35,837 bases of DNA from Candidatus Muiribacteriota bacterium (GTDB lineage Bacteria > Muiribacteriota > Muiribacteriia > Muiribacteriales > Muiribacteriaceae): positions 23,848 through 59,684 of the forward strand of contig JBNJGP010000005.1 of assembly GCA_051747805.1 (NCBI GenBank), read 5' to 3'. Under the pieces are notes generated by a model that saw only the letters and a list, made by a program, of their open reading frames with translations, was not told where the DNA came from and searched no databases. Positions within the stretch are counted from its first letter, which is position 1. Every line of letters begins with the position of its first letter. This document shows positions 28,607 through 35,837 of this stretch, piece after piece. The position numbers and the translations under genes are program-made.

Positions 28607-29407
28607 TCAGTTTTTAAAGACTTTGTTTACTTTTTCAATAAAAGTACATTGCCCGGATTTTATATCAATATCAGAGATTAAACCGTTCAACATGGGAGTG
28701 TTATTTGTAACATTAAATCTTTTTGGTCTCTGATCTAAAAATTTATTAATGATAATATCTTTATCAACACCGATAACACTGTCTTTATCGCCAGTCATAC
28801 CAAGATCTGTAATATAACCTGTTCCATTTGGAAGTATTCTGTCATCATTTGTTTGAACGTGAGTATGAGTTCCGGCAATCAGAGAAACTTTACCATCAAG
28901 AAAGAAACCCATAGCTACTTTTTCAGAAGTGGCTTCTGCATGAAAATCAACTATAATAGTTTTTATGTCACTTTTGATAAGATTATCAACTAAGTTTCTG
29001 ATTTTATTAAAAGGACAGCTTACTTTTGGCATATACACTCTGCCTAAAAGTGAGATGACACAGAATTTTTCTCCATCATCATTTTCAAAAATACGGAAAC
29101 CCTGTCCGCCAATGGAATCGCAAGGGTAATTAAGAGGACGAATTATATCTTTTTCTTCAATTATATCATCGATTTCATCTTTATCCCATAAATGGTTTCC
29201 CAGAGTAATTATATCAACCCCGGCTTCTTTCATCTGTCTGTAAGTTTTTTTATTAATACCAAGACCACCTGCAGAATTTTCACCGTTGGCAATAATAAAA
29301 TCAATATTATTTTTGAAGCGGAAACTCAGCAGCTCTCTTTTTAAAAGGTTTCTGCCACATCTTCCTATTATATCGCCTATCATCATTATTCTTAATTTTT
29401 TTTTCAT
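28607..29407 (-). CDS. ymdB: YmdB/TIGR00282 family metallophosphoesterase
   Basis: GDIIG, NGEN, LGNH, DFHAEATSEK, GTHTHVQT, TDLGMTG. Confidence 0.95.
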   Translation of the reverse strand: MKKKLRIMMIGDIIGRCGRNLLKRELLSFRFKNNIDFIIANGENSAGGLGINKKTYRQMKEAGVDIITLGNHLWDKDEIDDIIEEKDIIRPLNYPCDSIGGQGFRIFENDDGEKFCVISLLGRVYMPKVSCPFNKIRNLVDNLIKSDIKTIIVDFHAEATSEKVAMGFFLDGKVSLIAGTHTHVQTNDDRILPNGTGYITDLGMTGDKDSVIGVDKDIIINKFLDQRPKRFNVTNNTPMLNGLISDIDIKSGQCTFIEKVNKVFKN

Positions 29408-29514
29408 AAAAATAAATTAACAAAATAAAAAGTTAAAAGCAAAAAAGTGATTTTAAGAATTTCTGATTATTTTTTCTTGGACAGCGACAACCTAGATATG
29501 ATATGATTTAAGCT

Positions 29515-30636
29515 ATGAATATTTCTGATTTTTTTGGAAAAGACAATATAGAAAATATATTAATAGATGATATTCAGACATTAATTGATAATAATGTTCC
29601 AGAAAATCTTTATCTTGATTATAAAAAAGAAATGTGGGGACAGTTTGAAAGTTCTAATAAAGAAATTTCAAGAGACATATCAAGTTTTGCAAATGCCCAT
29701 GGTGGATTTATTATACTTGGAATAGAAGAGGATAACGACGGAAATCCCGAACGAATGACAGGAGTAGAGGATGTAGATAAAAATATTCTGAGAATTAGGC
29801 AGGTTTGCCATTCTGGAATTCAACCAGTAATTACCGGGATGAAAATTCATGCAGTAAGAATTAATGAAAATAAAAGTATAATATTAATTTATATTCCCGA
29901 CAGTCTTGGAAAACCTCATATGGTTCTTCAGGATTATAGATGTTATATGAGATACGAAAGGGGAAAAAATCCTATAAATATATATCAGATTGAAGAACTT
30001 ATAAAAAGTAGGGCAAAAAATACTCAGAAAGTAAAAGAGTTTTTAGAAAAAAGAAATTCTGAATTACAAAAATATGTTAAAAATAATTCTGCAATGTGTT
30101 TTTCGGTTCTGCCTCATGTTCTTGAAAAAGAAAGATTTGATATTTTCAGCTCTCAGACAGAAAAAGCCATAGAGGTGTTTATTTCAAAAGGTATAGTAAG
30201 AGGTAAGTTTTTGCCAACGTTTGACGGGTTTACTGCTTTTGAAGGAAATCAAAACACGATTTATCGTCAGATAGTTATACAGAGCACAGGATATATTGAG
30301 CTGTTTCTATATATTCCTTATAGAGATACATTGCCTGTTGAATGGTTTCAGAATCAGCTTAATTTATTTTTAGAAAGTGCCTCCATTTTTTATTCCAGGC
30401 TGGATTTAGATTTCAGAGGCTGGTTTCATACAGGATTTTTTAATATGATAAACTTCACACTAAAGCTACCGGATAATTTAAAAGAAGAAGAAAAAAACAT
30501 ACTGATAAACAAGGACGGCTACTTTTTTCTACCTGATATATCTTTTGAGTATTTTGTAAAAGATTCAGAAAAGATTAAAAGGGCCGCAAATGATTTTTTA
30601 TGGCGTAAATTTGGTTTTAACCGGTCGCTTTTATGA
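29515..30636 (+). CDS. AlbA_2 (Schlafen-like) domain protein
   Basis: ENLYLDYK, RDISSFANAHGGFIILGIEE, IYIP.S..KPH, Y.R; C-terminal ~200 aa not recognised. Confidence 0.88.
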   Translation: MNISDFFGKDNIENILIDDIQTLIDNNVPENLYLDYKKEMWGQFESSNKEISRDISSFANAHGGFIILGIEEDNDGNPERMTGVEDVDKNILRIRQVCHSGIQPVITGMKIHAVRINENKSIILIYIPDSLGKPHMVLQDYRCYMRYERGKNPINIYQIEELIKSRAKNTQKVKEFLEKRNSELQKYVKNNSAMCFSVLPHVLEKERFDIFSSQTEKAIEVFISKGIVRGKFLPTFDGFTAFEGNQNTIYRQIVIQSTGYIELFLYIPYRDTLPVEWFQNQLNLFLESASIFYSRLDLDFRGWFHTGFFNMINFTLKLPDNLKEEEKNILINKDGYFFLPDISFEYFVKDSEKIKRAANDFLWRKFGFNRSLL

Positions 30637-31623
30637 AAGTTCGCCAACAAGGTCTCTTTTGAAAAAATCTGTAATTTTTTTAAGGTCTTTAGTTTGGCCT
30701 AAAGCCCACATTAATTTTACAGTAGCCGCTTCAGGAGTCATATCACTTGCAGAAACAACACCAAGATCCGCAAGCTGTTTACCAACTTTATAAAGTTCAA
30801 GTTCAATTTTGCCTATAACACATTGAGTACATATTATAATAGGAAGTTCTTTTTTAGAAAATTCATAAATATCATCATAAAATCTGGAAGAAATATTTCC
30901 AGCCCCGTAACCCTGTAAAATAACCCCGTTAGTATCTTTAATCATATTCCTGAAAACATCTCTCTGAAGACCAGGATAAAGAGTAACAAAGGCAATATTA
31001 TCATCAAAATTCTCAGAAAATTTCAGTTTAGTGTATTTTCTTCTACCTTTAACATATTCACATAATTTAAAATTTAAGCCAATTGTTCCCAGCGGATTGT
31101 GATTTAATGAGTCAAAGGCAAGTAAGTCAAAGGCAGAAATTTTTCTAGCACGGGTGGCCCGCATTATTCTGCTTCCAAATAAAATGCAAACCTCACCAAT
31201 ATCATAATTCGCGGCTAATAAAAAGGAGTTAATAAGATTATTAGACCCATCTGTATAAACATTTGAAAGAGGGAGCTGAGCACCAGTGAAAACAACAGGT
31301 TTTCCGATATTTTGTAACATAAAAGAAATAGCAGAGGCTGTATAGGCCATAGTATCAGTTCCGTGAGAAACTACAAATCCGTCGTAAATTTCATAATGCG
31401 AATAAATGCATTCGGCAATTTTTTTCCAGTGGTCAATAGTTACATCTGTACTGTCAATATTATATAAAGGTTCCACATCAATATGAATGTCATTTTTTAA
31501 TGAATTAAGAATATATTTCATCTCATAAGAAATATCCTCAAGTTCATTTATATCTAAAACATCTTCAATGTTTTTTTTCATAGTTATTGTGCCACCGGTT
31601 AATATTAATAATAATTTTTTCAT
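30631..31623 (-). CDS. ansA: Cytoplasmic (type I) L-asparaginase
   Basis: TGGTITM, SHGTDTMAYTAS, TGAQ, GYGAGN, DMTPEA. Start placed at ATG 31623 after GAGG. Confidence 0.94.
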   Translation of the reverse strand: MKKLLLILTGGTITMKKNIEDVLDINELEDISYEMKYILNSLKNDIHIDVEPLYNIDSTDVTIDHWKKIAECIYSHYEIYDGFVVSHGTDTMAYTASAISFMLQNIGKPVVFTGAQLPLSNVYTDGSNNLINSFLLAANYDIGEVCILFGSRIMRATRARKISAFDLLAFDSLNHNPLGTIGLNFKLCEYVKGRRKYTKLKFSENFDDNIAFVTLYPGLQRDVFRNMIKDTNGVILQGYGAGNISSRFYDDIYEFSKKELPIIICTQCVIGKIELELYKVGKQLADLGVVSASDMTPEAATVKLMWALGQTKDLKKITDFFKRDLVGELS

Positions 31624-31660
31624 AAAAAGCCTCATTAGAAGTTAATTTTATTCATTATCG

Positions 31661-31688
31661 TTATCGGAAATACTACAGAATATTTTAG
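31661..31688 (-). promoter_or_regulatory. Putative sigma28 promoter upstream of ansA
   Basis: Minus strand CTAAA, 15 nt, TCCGATAA, ending 38 nt before the ATG. Confidence 0.55.
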
Positions 31689-31897
31689 GAAAAAGCTTTA
31701 TAGATAAGGATGAATTTCAGAGGATTTATAGGTGAAAATAAAATAAAGCTCTTGATAAAAAATAGACAGCTTGATATAAATGAAATAATAAAAGCAGTTA
31801 TAAAATCGTCTGTAAACGATAGTTAAGTAGTCTGTATAGATAATTAAAGCTGACAAATTCAGACTGATTTACTTAAACACAAGTTAAAATAAATAAA

Positions 31898-32479
31898 ATG
31901 AACTTATTATTAAAAAAAATAAAAACTGAAGCACAAGTGTATAAAATTCCTTATGCTGAAAAAGAAACAGTTGACTTTATTTGTGAAATAATTAAAAAAT
32001 ACAGCATAAGGACGATTCTTGAAATAGGAGCCGGAAACGGATATTCATCTGTCTGTTTTTCTTTTTGTAAGAAAGTTCAAAAAATTACCACATTTGAAAT
32101 AGACCCGAATAGAATTGAATTATCTAAATATAATATTAAAAACTTTTCTCAGATAAACCTCATCCCTCTGGATTTTTTAAAATATAACTCGAATGAGAAA
32201 TTTGACATGATTTTTATTGATGGAATGAAAAGAAAGTATATTGATTTTTTTAATCATGCTCAAAATTTCTGTCATGAAAAATCCATTATAGTTTCAGATA
32301 ACCTTAATTTTGCCAATAATCAGTTTAATAACGAAATACTTTCTAAGCATAAAAATATAGTTAATAAACTGAGAGAATATATAGAATTTTTAAAAAAAAA
32401 TAAGAAATTTAGAACAGAATTTTATTTAAAAACTGGGGATGGGTTGGCAGTAACCGAAAATTTATCAAAAAAACCTTGA
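31898..32479 (+). CDS. Class I SAM-dependent O-methyltransferase (YrrM/TrmR-like)
   Basis: ILEIGAGNGYS, FDMIFIDG.K..Y, VSDNL, GDGL. Confidence 0.85.
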   Translation: MNLLLKKIKTEAQVYKIPYAEKETVDFICEIIKKYSIRTILEIGAGNGYSSVCFSFCKKVQKITTFEIDPNRIELSKYNIKNFSQINLIPLDFLKYNSNEKFDMIFIDGMKRKYIDFFNHAQNFCHEKSIIVSDNLNFANNQFNNEILSKHKNIVNKLREYIEFLKKNKKFRTEFYLKTGDGLAVTENLSKKP

Positions 32480-32504
32480 CATAAACAACGGTTACTGGTA
32501 AAAT
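32476..32504 (+). promoter_or_regulatory. Sigma70 promoter of rpsL-rpsG-fusA
   Basis: TTGACA (32476-32481), 17 nt, TAAAAT (32499-32504) with extended -10 TG. Confidence 0.75.
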
Positions 32505-32591
32505 CATCACACTTTAAGGCAGTTATAGCATTACTGCTGTACATATTTAATTTTTATAAAAAACTGCTTTTAAACTATACAGGAGGAGAAA

Positions 32592-32966
32592 ATGCCTACA
32601 ATTAATCAACTTATAAGAAAAGGGCGAAAAACAACACTTGAAAAATCAAAATCGCCTGCTCTTAAATCTTGCCCCGCAAGAAGAGGTGTTTGCACTAGAG
32701 TTTTTACAATGACACCTAAAAAACCTAATTCTGCACTTAGAAAAGTGGCCAGAGTTCGTTTGACAAGCGGACATGAAGTAACAGCGTATATTCCTGGAAT
32801 TGGACATAACCTTCAGGAGAACTCAATTGTTCTTGTTCGTGGCGGTAGAATCAAAGACCTTCCAGGTGTTAGATATCACGTTGTTAGAGGAGCGCTTGAT
32901 ACAGGCGGAACACAGGATAGAAAAAAATCCAGATCTAAATATGGAACAAAAGCACCGAAAAAATAA
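32592..32966 (+). CDS. rpsL: 30S ribosomal protein S12
   Basis: [26 protein letters not shown]. Confidence 0.99.
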   Translation: MPTINQLIRKGRKTTLEKSKSPALKSCPARRGVCTRVFTMTPKKPNSALRKVARVRLTSGHEVTAYIPGIGHNLQENSIVLVRGGRIKDLPGVRYHVVRGALDTGGTQDRKKSRSKYGTKAPKK

Positions 32967-32979
32967 CAGGAGGAAATAA

Positions 32980-33450
32980 ATGCCAAGAAGGAAGAGAGCC
33001 CAGAAAAGAGTTTATGAACCAGATCTTGTTTATGGAAGCTCAGTTGTAACAAGGTTTATAAATAACTTAATGCGTAATGGTAAAAAATCAACAGCTGAAA
33101 GTATTTTTTACAGTGCGATGGATATTATTAAAGAAAGAACTAAAGATGAGCCAATTGATGTTTTTAAAAAAGCTATGGAAAATGTTGGTCCACAAGTAGT
33201 AGTGAAATCAAGAAGAATAGGTGGAGCTACATATCAGGTTCCGACTGAACTTTCACCACAAAAACGTGAGGATACTGCAATTAAATGGTTGCTTTTATAT
33301 TCAAAAAAGAAAAAAGGCAAGCCAATGGCTCAAAGATTAGCTGAAGAAATGATAGATGCAGGTAAAGGTGAGGGAGCTGCTTTTAAAAAGAAAGAAGATA
33401 CTCACAGAATGGCTGAATCTAATAAAGCATTTGCACACTTTAAGTTTTAA
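32980..33450 (+). CDS. rpsG: 30S ribosomal protein S7
   Basis: MPRR, SRRIGGATYQVP, HRMAESNKAFAH. Confidence 0.99.
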   Translation: MPRRKRAQKRVYEPDLVYGSSVVTRFINNLMRNGKKSTAESIFYSAMDIIKERTKDEPIDVFKKAMENVGPQVVVKSRRIGGATYQVPTELSPQKREDTAIKWLLLYSKKKKGKPMAQRLAEEMIDAGKGEGAAFKKKEDTHRMAESNKAFAHFKF

Positions 33451-33476
33451 AAAAAAGAAGAATTGATATATAATAT

Positions 33477-35558
33477 ATGGCTGAAGTTTCTTTAAATAAT
33501 ATAAGAAATATTGGAATAATGGCACACATTGACGCTGGTAAGACAACAACAACCGAGCGAATGTTGTACTATACTGGAATAGTTCATAAAATGGGCGAAG
33601 TTCATGAAGGAACTGCCACAATGGACTGGATGGTACAGGAACAGGAAAGAGGAGTAACAATAACTTCAGCAGCAACAACTTGTTCCTGGAGAGATAAACA
33701 GATTAATATACTTGATACTCCAGGGCATGTTGATTTCACTGTTGAGGTTGAACGTTCACTAAGGGTGCTTGACGGAGCAATTGCCGTGTTCTGTGCAGTT
33801 GGCGGAGTTCAACCTCAGTCTGAAACAGTATGGCGTCAATCCGAAAGATATAATGTTCCAAAAATCGCGTTTGTAAATAAAATGGACAGAGTTGGGGCAG
33901 ATTTTTTCAAAGTAATCAATAATATGGAAGAAAAAATTCACGCAAACCCTATTGCTGTACAGATTCCCTATATCAAGGATGAAGAGTTTTCAGGGATTAT
34001 TGATCTAATTCAAATGAAATTATTCACCTGGGAAGATGAGCTCGGGGAAAAAATGATAAGTGGTGAAATCCCTTCTGATTATCTTGAAAAGGCCAAATCT
34101 TTTCGTGAAAATATGCTGGATAATATTGCAGAATTTGATGAAAAAATAATGGAAAAATATCTTGAAGGCGAAAAACTTCTTGAAGGGGAAATTAACTTAC
34201 TTATAAGAAAAGCCACTATCGCAAATGCAGTACACCCTGTATTATGCGGAACTGCCTTAAAAAACAAGGGCATACAGCATCTTCTGGATGCAATTGTAAA
34301 TTATCTTCCAGCACCTGTTGATGTTCCGCCAATTCAGGGACATAATCCCAAAAACGAAAAAATTGAAGAGAGAAAAGCTGATATAAAAGAACCATTTTCG
34401 GCTTTAGCCTTTAAGATAGTAACAGATCCCTTTGTGGGAAGATTTACCTATGTAAGAGTTTATTCGGGTAAACTTAAACTTGGAATGAATATTTATAATG
34501 CTTCCAGAAATAAAAATGAAAGAGTTTCAAAAATAATGCGCATGCATGCTGCCTCGAGAACAGAGCTGGATGAAATTGGCCCTGGTGAAATTGTTGGTTT
34601 GGTAGGACTAAAAGAAACTTTTACTGGCGATACTCTCTGTCTTAAGCAGAGAAAAATAATACTTGAAAAAATGGAGTTTCCTGAACCCGTAATATCTGTA
34701 GTTGTAGAGCCGAAAACTCAGGCAGATTTCAAAAAACTGGATGAATCACTAAAAAAACTTGAAGAAGAAGATCCCACATTTAAAATAAAACATGATGAAG
34801 ATACTGGTCAACTTTTAATTGAAGGAATGGGCGAGTTTCATCTTGAAATAATAGTTGACAGACTGTTGAGGGAGTTTAAGGTTCAGGCTAATGTTGGTAA
34901 TCCTCATGTCACCTATAGAGAAACATTTCATGAAAGTTATACTCATGAGCTTGAATATAAAAGAGAATTATCAGGCAAGAATCAATATGCTAAAATAAAA
35001 GTCTGCTTCGAACCAGTTAAAAGAGGGCAGGGAATACTTTTTGAAAATAAAACAAGTTTTGCAGAAATTCCAAAAGAATATGTAGAAGCTGTCAAGCAGG
35101 GAATAGAGGAGGCGGCTCAGAATGGTCCTCTTGCTGGATATGAAACTGTTGATTTTAAGGCAACTTTAGTTAAGGCGACAAAAGATGATTTGAACTCAAC
35201 CGACGTAGCTTTTAGGATGGCCGGAGCACAGGCTTTCAGGGATGTTTCTGATAAAATCAAAGCTTCTTTACTGGAACCAGTTATGAAACTGGAAGTTACA
35301 ACTCCTGATGATCATACCGGGGATATAATAAACGATTTAAATATAAGACGTGCAAAAATTGAGGGAATGGCAAGAGAAAATAATTTTCAAATTATTACAG
35401 CATTTGTTCCTCTTGCTAAAATGTTTGGTTATGCAACAGATTTGCGTTCTGCCTCTCAGGGAAGAGCCTCATATTCTATGGAATTTGATCATTTTCAGGA
35501 ACTTCCCGGAAAACTGCAGCAGGAACTTCTAAATAAAATGAAAGGACTAATTTTCTAG
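33477..35558 (+). CDS. fusA: Elongation factor G
   Basis: [45 protein letters not shown]. Confidence 0.99.
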   Translation: MAEVSLNNIRNIGIMAHIDAGKTTTTERMLYYTGIVHKMGEVHEGTATMDWMVQEQERGVTITSAATTCSWRDKQINILDTPGHVDFTVEVERSLRVLDGAIAVFCAVGGVQPQSETVWRQSERYNVPKIAFVNKMDRVGADFFKVINNMEEKIHANPIAVQIPYIKDEEFSGIIDLIQMKLFTWEDELGEKMISGEIPSDYLEKAKSFRENMLDNIAEFDEKIMEKYLEGEKLLEGEINLLIRKATIANAVHPVLCGTALKNKGIQHLLDAIVNYLPAPVDVPPIQGHNPKNEKIEERKADIKEPFSALAFKIVTDPFVGRFTYVRVYSGKLKLGMNIYNASRNKNERVSKIMRMHAASRTELDEIGPGEIVGLVGLKETFTGDTLCLKQRKIILEKMEFPEPVISVVVEPKTQADFKKLDESLKKLEEEDPTFKIKHDEDTGQLLIEGMGEFHLEIIVDRLLREFKVQANVGNPHVTYRETFHESYTHELEYKRELSGKNQYAKIKVCFEPVKRGQGILFENKTSFAEIPKEYVEAVKQGIEEAAQNGPLAGYETVDFKATLVKATKDDLNSTDVAFRMAGAQAFRDVSDKIKASLLEPVMKLEVTTPDDHTGDIINDLNIRRAKIEGMARENNFQIITAFVPLAKMFGYATDLRSASQGRASYSMEFDHFQELPGKLQQELLNKMKGLIF

Positions 35559-35564
35559 GGGGTC

Positions 35565-35748
35565 TATGGGGGTCAGGTCTCTGGAAAACGCATTTTATTT
35601 TTCGAATGTATTTTTGGGTTTAATTTCTTCTAGTATTCAGGATATTTTTTTAACATCAGGCATAATATAAGATTACATATTTTAGTTTAAATGATATATA
35701 TAATTTTTAATTAATTATTTTGCGAATTCCGGAGACCTGACCCCCATA
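35565..35748 (-). mobile_element. Non-autonomous ~180-bp element carrying the transposase's inverted repeats
   Basis: GGGGTCAGGTCTCTGGAAAACGCA at 35569-35592 (21/24) and exact TGCGAATTCCGGAGACCTGACCCC at 35721-35744. 128-bp AT-rich spacer. Symmetry extends outward as TATG/CATA. Confidence 0.85.
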
Positions 35749-35754
35749 TTTTCT

Positions 35755-35837
35755 TTAAAGGAGTTGGGAATCTTTGTTGAAAAATGTTTTATAACCAAAA
35801 TTAACAAATAATAAAACTGTAAGAACCACACTTCCTA
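35755..35837 (-). CDS. C-terminal end of a convergent, probably membrane, protein (partial)
   Basis: Minus frame open from the edge: ..GSVVLTVLLFVNFGYKTFFNKDSQLL-stop at 35757-35755. Confidence 0.5.
   Translation of the reverse strand, partial: GSVVLTVLLFVNFGYKTFFNKDSQLL

Noticed and set aside
31710..31826. 38-aa ORF MNFRGFIGENKIK... between ansA and the methyltransferase
   Set aside because: No properly spaced RBS or recognisable motif; nearby weak hairpins match no riboswitch I recognise.
1422..35532. Other short overlapping ORFs in the track (e.g. 1422-1796, 4180-4416, 8079-8386, 20445-20768, 22342-23262, 33337-34273)
   Set aside because: Antisense or off-frame to well-supported genes, with no motifs or RBS.
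1668..35744. The whole 34 kb as one composite transposon bounded by the outermost exact IRs
   Set aside because: The content is core housekeeping (rho, rpsL, fusA, aroA) and each IR already has a local partner.

Overview
AT-rich bacterial chromosomal window, probably from a diderm anaerobe (ADP-heptose genes, flgJ-like gene, desulfoferrodoxin/rubrerythrin). It is mostly housekeeping: gpmA; aroA-cmk-plsC-gmhB-hldA-gmhA-hldC; a PerR-led oxidative-stress operon; batC/D/E-like genes with type III glutamine synthetase; flgJ-like/rho/LysM-M23; tRNA-Val(GAC); a secreted phospholipase D; a clostripain-SH3 lipoprotein; ymdB; an AlbA_2/Schlafen protein; ansA; and rpsL-rpsG-fusA. The standout is a RAYT-like Y1 HUH transposase with a DnaA-C-type HTH tail (1721-2689). 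It is bracketed by perfect 24-bp terminal inverted repeats rather than REP hairpins. The same repeats recur 34 kb away as a ~180-bp gene-less element directly after fusA, where tuf is missing. Other leads are a 127-bp rod-like palindrome, a clostripain with Arg in place of the S1-pocket Asp, sigma54- and sigma28-type promoters in unexpected places, and several apparently leaderless genes. All calls come from reading motifs by eye; no searches were run.
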